A program made the position numbers and the translations under genes. DNA of 63,446 nt, filler included, from Phoronis australis (lineage: Eukaryota; Animalia; Phoronida): NCBI GenBank assembly GCA_002633005.1. It is 8 parts of 8 records of this genome, joined end to end, with 100 filler letters (N's around TTAATTAATTAA, not from the genome) between each part and the next. Parts side by side here need not be neighbours in the genome. Positions count along the whole stretch, not along the records: positions 45,726 to 55,298 come from NMRA01001805.1; positions 55,399 to 63,446 come from NMRA01000153.1; 6 more parts are not named here. One strand, 5' to 3'. Within the stretch, counting starts at the first letter, position 1, and every line of letters starts with the position of its first letter. The notes under the pieces are model-generated. The model saw only the letters and a list, made by a program, of their open reading frames with translations, made no database searches and had not been told where the DNA came from. Positions 47,039-60,667 of the stretch are shown here, in pieces.

Positions 47039-48113
47039 AGTGCAGCTGAACCAGAATGGAGTCCTTGTTGAGCCGTCTCAACCTTATATACTTTACATGT
47101 ATTGTGCGACTGATTGCCAGATCACGTGCCTACAGACCAGTGACATTTATTGTTAAGGAAGTTACCGTGTTTCGTTTAATGCAGGCCCGTACTAAAATGA
47201 CTCTCTTCCGGTGTTTATACTCTCTCACTGAGCCATTTAAAAATGTAGACGTCTTTGTAAACTGTTTGGTAAAATCCAACACATACATTGAAGAAGGTGG
47301 CTGACTTTTTGTAATCTGCAGTCACCCTGCAAATATTACGAGAAATGCGGTATTGCGAAATCCATTGTTCCAAATAAGTGAAGTACACTTCCTCGTAATT
47401 TTCGCGGTAATGGGTTTTGCCCAAAATTCATGGTCATGAGCCTTAGGCAGTTTCACAAATACCGTTTGATTGACCTCCTCTTAGTTTCGGAATACCAAAA
47501 GGACTCCATTTTGTGTCAACTTCAGGTAGATTTCTCCTCAAAATAATACGAAATTATTACGCAATTAATACGCAATTAATAAAATGCCACGATTTCCAGA
47601 TCAAATGCCAAATTGTTAGAGCAATTAAGCCGTCGAAAAAGGAAGCAACTTAGGAAAAGTTACAAGTGATAAACGTGAAACAAGTTTGGTAATTAATTTA
47701 CCAATGATGTTAACGCTGATGTTCTTTTGCACCCAGAAATAATTTACATGTACAATGATTCACCAGTCAATGTAATGGGGTTTGGTCTGAAATTTGGTCT
47801 TTGAGCTGTTATTGCCTCCTGCCACCTAACAATATCTACTTTGAATTTCATGATACAAGTATCAGGTGCGTCACACATGGTATGTCATTTTCAGTGTTAG
47901 GCAGGTACACTCTGGCGGGAACAAAAGGATTTTTTAAGTATGAAACCCACACCACTGTGTTGTTTATTGTCTGTTATTTATCCAGTACTTCCATAGAATC
48001 GGTGTATTACTTTAAGCCAACCAATGTTGTTTTAACTTTCAGACTACTTGACATTTTGGTCATAAGTGACTGAAATGACTGTGAGAAAACGAAAGGGAAA
48101 TTACGACTATCCT

Positions 48114-48206
48114 TATATATGTGTGTGTATATACATAAGCGTGTACATGTATACATGTTGTATATGTACAGTGTGTGTATGCATGTGTATGTATGTATGT
48201 ATGTAG
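48114..48206. repeat. Degenerate (TA/TG/TGTA)n low-complexity tract
   Basis: Alternating purine-pyrimidine run ending in several TGTA units. Confidence 0.8.
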
Positions 48207-51200
48207 GCATATAATTTGTCCGATTTTTTAAACTCTCTCTATTCGAAACTCAACTGGGAAATAGACCACTTGCATGACACACCTAAACATAATGTATATA
48301 CACGAATCATGCTGTGTGTCTTGAGTTGAAGCCACACCACGTCCGCTATTGAGTTGAGCCACTGTGGCGGACACTACACCCAATTTGGCGCTGGTCATTT
48401 TTCTCGGACTGGGGGAAATTGAAACAGTTCCAAATGCTATCTTAAGAAGAGGGTTCATTGTACAACAGAGTTTGAGTATATTGCACAATAAAACTTAACT
48501 GGTCGTTTAGTTCATTAAAATGTGAAGCAAGTGTACATGTATTGTTTAACACCACCTAGCAGGGATTATAATGTGGATAAAAAATTCCAATTTTTGAGTA
48601 AATTTTGTTGCAACAACGTTAAACAACTTCTTACGAACTGCAAGAATGCGAGTTTATGTAAAATGATTTTGAAACGCCTTTTTAAAACCAGCATCACCTT
48701 GGAATGTTTCAAGTAAACAACAATAACATCTATGCAGGATGACCAACTGCCAGCGCCAATCCTAGGTGAAGTTTGGGCGCTTGGGGTTCGATGATAAATT
48801 GATTTAAACGCATTATCTCGCACTTAGGCGCTTGATTCTAAACAAACGAAAATACGGTAGCATCTGTCTCTTTGTGCGCAATAAAAATGAGGACTTACTG
48901 CCATAAAAACGCTCGTGAACATATTATGTTCTCCATCATTACGCAATGTCTCTCAGTTTTTGTAAAATTATTTCCATGTACCGTACATGAGCAAGTATCC
49001 GAAGTAATGCATTTGTCAAATTTTGTTCTCAAGTATTTGGCATATAGGTGCATGCGCCTATGCTTTACCTACCCACGTGACTATCTCTTGCATATAGAAA
49101 TGTACGTGCAGCCCGTAAAGAGAAATTGTCGTGTTCTGCCCTGAAAAACACATTTTCTGTAGGATTATTACTGGATAGACTTTTTGCATAACTTACGCTA
49201 TGAGCACTAAGATGTATGAAACACTAAAATTCATTGTGTGTTTGTAATTTTATTGCAAATCGACAATGCTCGATGTTGACTGCCAAACTTTTGCTTAAAT
49301 CCAGACCGGGAAATTAACCAGTTGAATATAAATAAAATTCATTTCCAATTAATTTAGCTCTGACGATAGAGCGTGTACCTGCCACCACGAATATTCCAAG
49401 TTTAACTTAATGAGTATCTTAGAAATGTGTTCGTAGTAGGTGCTTATCATAAAGGTGTGTGCACCTAATACGGTTTCCATTCACGTCTTTGTCGCCTGTA
49501 ATTTGAAAAGTTATAAGATTTGTATTTTCCTGAGAATCGCATGTAATAAGAATTGAACGAAAAAACTAATAACGGGGTAATTCCTCGTAGTATTGTGAGG
49601 ATGGATCCTTCAAAAAATTCGTTTCACTTTATGTAATGAGATAAGTTTGACATGATTATCAAACACAAAAGTGTACATGTAGCTACACTGTAGGTGTGTC
49701 AACTTAAAGGGCTGAAACTGTTTACTTAGTTCACGCTACGCATATTCCGCGTAACTCCATTTTTCTAGGTTGTACCAGAGCTGTACATCAAATGCATGCA
49801 ATGTATCTTGTTATGTTGGTCTTTAAGAAGGGAGGTGTACAAATTTAAAAATTTGTTTCCATAAAAAATTCCACACAGGGACAAGAAGCTTGCAAGAAGA
49901 CTGGGCCAAGCGCCAGTAACGATTATTTACATGAGCGTGTACCTAGAACCATGTTTTGCTGATATAGTGATTCGAGCTCAGTTTGATAAGTTAGAAAAAT
50001 TGAATGTGGTTGAGATATCTATTGTAAGATAAAGTAATAATGTACAAAACATGATAGGTAATTTAACTATTTTTGTAACATAATAAACTTAAAGATGGGC
50101 GACAAAAATCGGCATTATATCCACTGCTGTGTTTAAGTGAGCTACATGTCTATCCAAAAGTTTCAATTTACGTCGATTCAATTGGCCGTTTAATTCATTT
50201 TCCCGAATTTATTTACGGTATGCTAAAAACACACACCTTTATTTTACATCAGTGCAAACGAGTACAAATAATAAAATCCTATTTCACATCTTCCCCCACT
50301 CGCGACATTCATACTTTACAAGTCGCCAATAACACATGTACATGTATGTTTACACATGTAAGACTCAGAAGTGCACTGTACTTAAAAAAATGTCTGTCCA
50401 TCTGTCCACAAAACGACCATTTACAATGTAAATGTACATTTCCAAATTATGGGTACCTCCGTAGCATTTTCTTGAAGATTTGAATCGATGGCTGTGTATT
50501 TTCAAATTGCTGACTAGACCTTTACGATAGCTGGCAAAATATTAAGATCAAATTTAGAACTGGTTGTGCCTCCACTTGTCTCAATATAGGTTTTCATCTG
50601 GTATCGCACTCTTGTTTTATGGGAAGTAACTGTCATTAATTCAGTCTCAAAAGAGATTGCAATAGAATATCTGGCGTACAAATGTAATGAGGATTAGGGA
50701 CTTTCTTGAAACTTACAGAAATTTGTGAAGACAAATTTCATAAATTCATTTTTGTCGATCTCCGTGTAGGTCAGCACTCTGTATGCTACTGTTTACGTTA
50801 TGCCAAACCTGGGTCAGACGTGTTTCGGCTGACAACACCTGCAACGAGATCAAATTTTCACAACTCTAGACAATAATCATTTGTTTGATTGCCTTTACTT
50901 TCACTTTCATAATGAAAGCTTGTGACTAAACTTAGCAATGTATGACTCATTTTGAGGTCAGACGACGACATGTCACTTGTCATCAAACCAATACACACAT
51001 ATCTGAACCTTTATGTTGAGTGAATCCAGGCAGAAGTATTCTGAAAACTTCAACATCCACCGTGTTCATTATCAATGCAAATGAACCTAGAGTTATCAGA
51101 GATAATGGTCTGTACGTTAATCACCAGTGCACATCGTGTAGTGGCGCACTTTATTGTACAACACACGTAATTTACAATGTAGGTGTATGTTATTGACAAC

Positions 51201-54200
51201 TATGGATAAAATATCGAATGGAAGTTCGCGCTGGCCTTAGCTTTTACTTCCCGTTTCTCAAATAACAACGCGTGGGCACGTCATTCCAAACACGACGACA
51301 GCATGTTTAAGAAATATGCTAAGCAGTGTCGTCGTGTAAAAACATTACACTGTCGTGAAAACGATTTTTTGAAATCAGCTTCAACGTGGAATTGAACCTA
51401 TAACCCCTGGGTCCTCAGTCTAACGCCTTTTGGCGGAGATAGGTGGTAACCCCAATTTGATAAATGGCAAAGACTTTTCAGTGCGTATACAAGTATTTTT
51501 CTGAAAGTCACCAGACTTGATTTCCGCGAATGAGTGGCAGCAAAGGCGAGAATCGTCCATTTGAAATAACAAAATGACGTCTCTCCCATGCAACAATAAT
51601 ACTAATATTGTTTTTTCGGCCGTAAAACCGTTTATGTCATTTTAATACAAAGCGATTGTCAGTTGGCCGATAAAGATACTACACTGGTAAACCCTGTTTT
51701 GATAATTTCTCGGAATATTTTTTTCTGTCATACATGTACATGTTTGTCTGCCACCTCACAAGGAAGGAATAACGAAACCTTTGTTCAGCTAAAATACTTC
51801 CTCATTGGGTCACTGATCCACCGGAAGTAAAAGTCAGGCGGTGATCGGTGAAATGGCTAAGCCGATCAGCGCGATCTTGAGGCTTGGGGACGGAGGCTGG
51901 CGACCACGTAGTAGATTTTGTAAGAAGTTTTCTAAGGGATTCCAAACTTTTTTATGATTGGTGATTTGCATGGGTAACCTGTACAAGAAATAAACGTGAT
52001 ATCATTTCAGTGACTCAAGTAGACTTGTCGATATTCACATACGTACACAAAATGGGTTATATATCCTGGGGACTAATCTTATAAGTACAGTAGGCGGGAT
52101 GCAAAGAGAGAAATAATTTGGGTATGTTGGTGTTATGTGACTTAATACTTTATCTACTGAAATATTTTAAATTAATTCTGAAATTGGCTTGGTGAACAAC
52201 AGAACACGGTTTTCGTGCTTGTATGAATTATTGTTAGGGCGGTGAGCGCTTTTCCGGATAATTGCACCTTTTCCGTCGGCACACAATATTTTCCACACTG
52301 AAACGGAAAACTTTGGCGCTCTTTCAAAAACATACCAGTTAATGTTACAATTGTATTTTGGGTGCGTTAGGTTTCTGTGTGTAAATGTGCCCTGTGTCAC
52401 CGAACTTAAAGGTAATGTACGAACTTAATGACAAGTCTGCGTAATCAGAGCTTTATATCAGAAAACGTAGGAAGTGGAAAGCATGTAGAATAGGCCATAT
52501 CAATTAGATAATGTGACTAATATGTTTATTATCTAAAAATTAACAATTATATGACCGAATTTAGTTTGAAAATAATTTAAAGGTTTCCAAATTATCATTT
52601 TGTTTTTATTTCGTACAACGTGATCTTTTTTCATAAAAAGCATGAAAGTTCCCTCATGCAAAACAGGGACATTTCAAAAACAATTCCTGTCAGAGATGCC
52701 GAGAGCATGGTATAAATCTTGTATAGTATTAGAAAGTTTCGTACGAATCTGATCTGGCTATTATGTGATGTGGCGTTTCCAGATTGCAAATTGTCGCATT
52801 TTTCTAGGAGCCTACACAGCTTTGAATACGTATCAGTCAATCTATGGCTATACATGTATATCCTAAAGCGCACCTTTGCATGACCGAATCGTAATGATAG
52901 AGTTATTTTATTCTAGGATGACAAGATAAAACGATGACATTCGCGTTTTTACAAGTTTCCGTCATATACACTTTAACTGTATATAAAAGTTGTTTTAAGC
53001 AAAAAGAACAAAAGTGTTCACCATTCCACAGAAAGCAGTCCGACTGCAATACTTAAAACATTTGCAAATAAGCAAATTTATTTCATTGCTAACAAGGTTT
53101 TTGTCAATTTCCATTTGTCTAAAGGGTACTTGTGTTTGTGCCAAATATTTCCTACCGATAATGATGTGCTCTTAAAATGAACGGTCTTCCGTATCCGGTT
53201 AGAACAGAACTTTGTTTACTCAAAACAGTTTCAAGAGGCTACTGAATACTACATGTATTCGTGACGATCCCCCCAGTATTCTAAAAAAAATTGCCGTCAA
53301 ACCTGATCCACCCCCATTTATTTCATTTCTTAGTGACCTAAGAAGGACAAAACCGTAGCCAGGTTAGACTTCAATATTGACCGTAACGTCACGATTTACT
53401 GAAAGCGCCTGTTGTACTACCGCATTTTACTAACAGCCAGTACATGTACATAAATGCACATGCAGTCTAATCACTTATCGTAAGAAAATATCGGAGTTGC
53501 GAATCTGTTGTCGACGATGTATGATCCAGTTTTCTACATAATGCATTGGTTCGTAATCCCTGGCTACGTGAGAGCTCTACGAAAGAATTTCCCAAATTTG
53601 AAGAGATTTGAGCTATTTGCGATTCCGTGACACGGAAGGACTACATCGGCTCCGAGACAATAATTTGAACCTAATTCAAGAGGCTCAAGGCTTTATGAAC
53701 TTAGCTTCAAACTTACTAAGTAAGTAGCTGAACTGCGTTACGTATATGTACTCCTGATACATTTGCGAGAAAATCTAGTGGGATCACGTGCTTCAGTAGC
53801 ATTGCAGGGCCGCAATATATCACGAAGTTTTGCGTGATTATGTATTTTCGCAGGGCTGTAGGGTCTATGGAACGTACGTATTCCTGGCCTGCCAGTTCAA
53901 ATCACCGGAAATGCAAGGTTGGATGTTAACAAAATTGATTAAGATTTCGGGTTTATTAGAATTAGGATATTGTCGCTTTAACTGTCTTAAAAGTATCGCT
54001 TGTGTACACCGTTTTGACAATTCTCACTGCCTTGTAGATCCTTTGTTGTGAAACACGAAAGCAGACTTGGATAAAAGACACAATACAGCCCACCGAAACT
54101 GAAAAATAAGTGCTTAAAGAGCCCCGGGAGCTAACAATACGATACAAATAATAGTTTCAAGTGAGCAAATTCCTCAAAATTAGTTAGCCATTTTGTAACC

Positions 54201-55298
54201 GCATAGAATAGTTTATTGAAAACAATAAAATATGAAAGCAACTGGCAACGTGGGTCAAAACTTTAGTTTTCTGTGTGTTGCCGCAGTTAAAAGAGGACGG
54301 TGACTGAAACATAGCCTATTTACGCACTTACCATAAAGTACTTTTGTTTGGATTTTTCCTCGCATCGCATCAAATAGTAGTCTATCGTTTTATGTTCTCA
54401 CGTACACACACAAGCAATTTGCAAAATAAGCTTTGCAGTGTGACCACCACGTTCGCTTAAAATGCATGTCAGTATCTTCAGTTAGCAAGGGGTGCGTGAT
54501 CTAGCTTTTCTCACAAGAGACGTCTACGAAACGCAGCCTTGTTTTTGTAAGATAGTCACTGAACAAGACATAGGGACATAGGGGCCTGTAACCACTGTAG
54601 GTTCAAAGCAAGTTTGTGTGGCAGTTGATAGTTTTGTTCTTTCTGGACTTGAAAACTGAGCACTGAGGTCCACAGATACAAAATCCAGTTTTGGTCCACA
54701 AGCACTCATTCTTCGTTGATATTTCTAATTGAAACTGACCGTGAGTAGGAGTGAGTAGAGTCTTGGACAGTTGAAGTTTTAACCCTGCGATTAAACCCGA
54801 AACAGTAAAGGTAGAGAGATGTCATGCGCGCTTTAAAAATATACATCATGGCATTCAGTAATAAGTTCGTGTAGTCAATGGATTATTTAAATATCCGAAT
54901 TTTGTAAGTGACTAAACGTTTTGTAGGGAGTTTAATTAGAAAAATATGACCCTCCAGTAGGGAATTTTGTCGCAAGAACCCTCTCGCTGGGAAACTGGTC
55001 GTGTGAAAATGTTACCCTCCTTAACTGCGGCACAACTGTTGGTGGCAGTAACCTTGCCCAGCAGTAAGTCACTGTTTACTTTGTGCACAACGTATCAGTT
55101 CTCAATGGTCTTTTGATGATTACATCGCATTGTGTTTTCTGGATAAATCACGTCTGTACTTTTTGTCATTCAAGACCAATTCATGAACTTGGCTCTTTTA
55201 AGAACAGATGAATGTTTATAATGTGCGCGAGCCAGTCAGTTAATCGAAACACGTGATGCAGAAGACCGATAAGTCGATGCGTCACGAGGTCTCGAATC

Positions 55299-55398
55299 NN
55301 NNNNNNNNNNNNNNNNNNNNNNNNNNNNNNNNNNNNNNNNNNTTAATTAATTAANNNNNNNNNNNNNNNNNNNNNNNNNNNNNNNNNNNNNNNNNNNN
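55299..55398. other. Artificial contig linker
   Basis: 44 N + TTAATTAATTAA + 44 N. Confidence 0.97.
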
Positions 55399-56232
55399 CC
55401 CCCCCCCCCCCCCGCCTCTGGGCAGTATTTATGCATTTTTCAGTTACTAATGCTATGTGGAATAATTGTACCACTACTAATTTTGGACAAAACTACTGGA
55501 AATTGCCAGAATCACCCTTTTTTCATTGTTGTGAATGGCCTGTGTTTCAACAAATTGGTAGATAGCAGCTATGCTACACAAGTTGAGACTGTAAAATACT
55601 TGTTTTTCATGAAAAAATAAAAAATTGAATTTCACTTGTCCACCACACTGCGTCCTAAATTGGGGTGATTTTGTGGTAGATTGAGCACCGTTACGAAATC
55701 CTTAATCTTTCCATTTTTATGCAAGTACTTAACTACAATTGGTCAGGCTGAACAGGCTTTTAAGCTCGTTTGTAGGTTGGTTGAAGTTGAGCATCATGCT
55801 AACTCTTGTTTTTCTAATGAAACTGGTTAAGTGTGGTTTAATGCATTAGCTAAGTATTTTAGGTTCATCAGGGGTCAATATCGCAGTTAGGGGTGAGAAA
55901 TTACTCCTATGGGACCTAAAATTCTCTGACCAGTCAGCTTAATTGGACTTGAATGATTTGTGAAGGTCATAATTGATGTTCTATGTCACTTTTATTAAAA
56001 CTAAGTTGTTATGAAAGCATAACATTAAAACTTGACACAATTGGTTGCTTTGTGGACATCAATTCACTTTATTGCTGTAATAATTGCATAAATATATCTT
56101 ATTCAGTGAGGCGTGGAATATATCGCAAGCAGTTTATCCCGTTCAATCCGCCATGTGACCAAAAAGATGGCAAATTGAACAGGATAAACTGCTAACTGTA
56201 AGTATTGTAGACAATTTTTATCAAGAAATTCA

Positions 56233-56332
56233 TTTGTTATGCGCCCACATATTTATATGTGGACGCATTATGCCGTCATCTCTGTCCGTCCGTCCGTCCG
56301 GGCGGCGTCCGGAAATAACAAACGTCTAGTCC
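56233..56332 (+). mobile_element. Short Helentron-associated (HINE/DINE-1-like) element
   Basis: T-rich start, subterminal palindrome CCACATATTTATATGTGG, then a (GTCC)n microsatellite. A related end occurs inverted at ~63035-63117. Confidence 0.55.
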
Positions 56333-56399
56333 AAGCGAATTGTAAATACAATTGACAAATTGGCAGATCTATTCATTATAGTAAATGTGGGTCATCACG

Positions 56400-59300
56400 G
56401 CCTAAGCATTAATACATGAGTAGAACCAAGGGTACAACTAAAATGCAGGCAACACTTGAATTCCATTACAACGAAATGGACACCAAACAGTGGTAACAGG
56501 TGAAGATCAAAGTGTTATCAATAACTACAGTTACCCCTATCGTGCTTCATGCATCGGGTAAGACAGCACCTCATGGCATGTGGCCTGACGCAAGAGGCAA
56601 CTTCCGGGCTTCTGTTCTAGTACCTTTCTGACTCTGGTGTCTTTTTGTGTTATTGGCTCAGCGACATGTTTGGTTTGTTGCCAGTGGTGGTTCCTGCTTG
56701 TTCAGATCCTGTATGACCCTAAAAGAAGTGTTAAGTACATTTCTCAGAAATAGCTCTTCAGATTTATGTGAAACATTCAAATACTATTATTTAAACGTCG
56801 TTCACAAAACGAAAATGAAATGATCATATTTTAGGTTATTAACAGTGTTTCTGATACCACTTCTGAAATATTTTTATCAAATGAAATTCGATATTGTTAT
56901 TGACATCGTTGTNACTAATAATGTGCTTTTCTCTTTTGCTAAATTTTGCAGTTTTTGAGAGATTGTGCCCTGGAACCAGGTATGAAACAATGTACATGAA
57001 TAAAGACGGTACCTGAATGAGTAGCGAATAGAATTTTCACTTCATTTTTCCGAATCAAACAAGTTGCACATAGGAGTACACACGTCCAGGACGTTTACAA
57101 ATAAACTGCACCACACCGTTTGACTCTGATGTCTTTCGTCATAGTGGTCCTGCAACACATTTGATATCTTGTCACTGCTGGCAACTTCAGTTATCACACG
57201 TGGATGATATATTAGTCAGCCAAAGTCCGGTTGTTGGACACTGGGACAAGTCGCTAAAAATGAACCCATTGAAAGTGATAAAGCAATACGACCTGAATTG
57301 AAATCTACAAGTGAGAAGGTGTTTGGTCCGAAGGTATGAAATCACGGTATTCCGAGGTTTCAAGGTTAGCTAGACCAAGAATCCATAAATCTTAATATCC
57401 ACAGAAGTCCGAAAGCTTATCATTTTCAAAAGCAAACGTTCGAACTTTCAGGACACGAGGTTCTGAAAAGTGATTTTGTGAAAAATTTTGGAGTTAGTTT
57501 CTATACACGTGCCGTTTAAAACTAGTGATTCGACGAGTCAGTGCTCCTCAATGGGATCCAAACAAATTTTGTCAATGCTTACTGAGTTGCTACATTTAGT
57601 TACATTATCAAATTTTGGAATACAGCCAATATGCTGCTCTGTTTTCAGACCTCGTCAATAGTTTCACCTAGACCTTCATTTTGTTGGATTTGTGAACCTT
57701 TGGACTCAAGGTTCTTTTGAAAACGTTTTCATTTGTTGCATAATTTGCCTTCTAACATGTACACCTTCGGAGTATCGAGCTCTATCCTATTTATACCAAT
57801 GCATTATGATTCGCAAGCAATATTAGATTTCCTTCTTAGCTTTATTATTCGGTTGTGAATTTTCTTCTTCCATGCTTCTTCCGTTTTGGTTATCCGTGGG
57901 TTGCAGCGTATCGCTGTTGCGTGGGTATGGCGAGTCAATAGACAAAAAAACATGTATTAACAAAATTTTTGTGACCTTTTACGTTATTTGGATTTATTCA
58001 TGCTGTCTTTCCGGGTACGTTTGGGCTTGTGTCAGTAGGTTAGTGTAATTGTTAGTCGGGATTAGAAAGAGAATCAGCGTCAACGCGAATACACGAGCAA
58101 GACAATTAACAAACGTGTGGTGCAAGTGAATGGTGATAGATTTGGTGGATGGAGAGGTGTATCCATTTAAAGTACATGTGCGTCTTCACGAACCAAACAC
58201 TAAAATCTGAGTACAACCCAGAGTACAAGTAAAATACAGCCAAAACTTAAAATATTTTACAACGATGCGACCCGGACACCACACAATTGTCATAGGTGGA
58301 GAACTGTAACTGCAAGTGCCACCCAGACTAAAATATTATAAATAACAAAAGCTATACACCACTGTCGTCTTTCATGAATCGGTAAGACAGCAACTCATGG
58401 CGCGCGCCCTCACGGAAGAAGCAGCTTGCGAGACGTTTTTACCTTTTCCACTCTGGTGTTATTTTGTGTTCGTGGTTCAGCAACATCTTTGGTTCACTGC
58501 CAGTGGTAGCAAGGCCATGGTCTTTGTTGTTCGAAGCCTGTAAGACCCTAGAAAAGAACGTCTACATTTCTCTAACGTTTGTATCTCAGAAATGACAGTT
58601 CACATTGATGTAAAACTTTCAAATACTATGATTTAAACTCCGTTCAGAAAACGAAAACGATATGAGCATATTTTACAACTTTAACAGAGTTCTGAGATGA
58701 CTTCTGGAACACCTTCATTAAATTAAATTCGATCTTGTTATTGATACCATTGTTTTACCATTAATGTACGGTTTTTGAGATATAATGTATTGTGACCTGA
58801 AACCAGGTGTGAATTGATGGGTCCTAGATTCTCCATGCCACGGGTGTAAGCGATCAAGGGAACCACTGCTCAGCTCCACCTGGCTATGGCATCTGCAGAG
58901 GAACTCAGTTAACAGCATTCAGCATGCACACAGGATCGTCATTTGGATTCAGTCATGCTGTTTTTAGTGTGTTAGGGTATGTGTTAGTGCAAATGTTAGT
59001 CGAAATTAGAAATAGCGTTATCGTCAATACGAATGTACCAGCAAGACAAGTAACAAACGACAAGTGAAAGCAAATAATGATAGATTTGGTGCATTGAAAG
59101 GTGTATCCATTTAAAGTACATGTGCGTCATCACGAACCAAACACTAAAACTTGAGTACAAGCCAGAGTACAAGTAAAATGCCGTCATCACTTTAAAGCTG
59201 TTACAATGATCAAGACACCACAAAGTTGTCACAATTGTCAGTCAGACCAAAATGTTGTCAATAACGACAGTTAAGGGATTTTTTACGTTTCCGATTATGG

Positions 59301-60660
59301 TATCATTTTGTGTTGGTGGTTCAGCGACATCTTTTGTTCTGTGCCAGTGGTGGTAAGGTCAGTGTCCTGCTTGCTCAAATCCTATAAGACCCTGGAACAA
59401 ACGTCTGTATTTCTCTAACTTTGAACGTTTATATCTCAGAAATAGCTGTTCTTATTTATGTAACACCTCCAAATACTGTGATTTAAAGACAGTTCACAAA
59501 ACAAAAATGAAGAGCATAATTTAGAAAGATAATAGAGTTCTGAGGTCACTTCTGGAACACTTTCATGAAATAAAATTCGATCTTGTTATTGATATCATTG
59601 TTTAACCATTAACGTGGCTTTGCCTTTTGCTAAATTTTACGGTTTTTGAGGGACTGTGCCCTGAAACTAGATGTAATGCAATGCATATGAATAAAAATAG
59701 ATGCCTGAATGACTTTTCCAAATGGCTTCTGTACAGTTTTGATGACACGTAGAACACACAGATAGTCGAAGCATTTAACTTCCAGGATATTTAGGGGTGA
59801 ACGGCACCATACCTTTTGACTCTGATGTCATTCCTGTGAGTGGTCCAGCGGCACCTTTGGTACACTCTCACTGCTCGCGAGGTCAGATCCCGCATGACAA
59901 TGGTATACTAGTCAGCCAATGTCCAGTGGTTTGACGAAATTAGGTCAATTCCTTAAAAGCTTACAATGATGTTCAAACAAAGTAATCTCATTGGAAGCAA
60001 TGAAACCTTATGATCTGAATTGAAAAGTACAAGTGAGAAAGAGTGTGAGCAGAAGGTACTGTATGAGATCACTTATTCATTGGTCCGAAGGTTTGCAAGT
60101 CCAAAAATCCATAAATCTAAAGGTCCGAACTAGGTCGAAAGTCCGGCCATTAGTTTGAAAGCAAAAATTTCGAACTTTTATTTATTACAGTTAGCAAAAT
60201 GTTCGGAGATTTGTATGCACATTCCTGTTTAAAACTACTTTTTGGAAGTGCCAGTGCCTCCTCTCGAAAGGATCCAAACAATGTTCGACAGCACTTAAAC
60301 GCTGTTACAATGATTTGGACACCACAAAGTTGACACAGATAGACAACTGTAACTGCATGTATCAGCCAGACAAAATGTTATCAATAACGAAAGTTTCATA
60401 CCTCTATCGTCCTTCGTGTACCGTGCAAGACAGCATCTCATGGCGCGCCCTCACGGAAGGTACTACTTCAGAGACTTTTTTTACCTTTCCAATTACGGTA
60501 TCATTTGAGTAGGTGGTTCAGTGTTATCTTTGGTTCTCTGTCAGTAGTGGTGAGGTCATGGTTGTTCAGATCATGTACTATCTTTGGAATAACGTTCAAA
60601 TTTCTCTAACTTTGAAGATTCGTATCAGAATAGCAGTTCAGATTTAGGTAAAATGTCAAA
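56400..60660. repeat. Complex degenerate array of long repeated modules (at least 4 partial copies, a fifth piece at ~63118-63290)
   Basis: AAGACAGCA-CTCATGGC at ~56560, 58384 and 60427; GCCAGTGGT block at ~56680, 58499, 59343 and 60540; TTTGACTCTGATGTC at ~57119 and 59815; GGTGTATCCATTTAAAGTACATGTGCGTC at ~58156 and 59100. Confidence 0.8.
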
Positions 60661-60667
60661 TACATAT

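Noticed and set aside
47100-55298. Short ORFs and a possible upstream non-coding exon or promoter of the secreted-peptide gene
   Set aside because: The ORFs show no recognisable motifs in AT-rich DNA, and candidate donors and TATA-like sites cannot be distinguished from background without transcripts.
58150-58260. Sushi/CCP-like exon (FTC...GS*RRTCTLNG) on the minus strand
   Set aside because: It contains a stop, lacks the conserved Trp and final Cys, and has no convincing splice sites.
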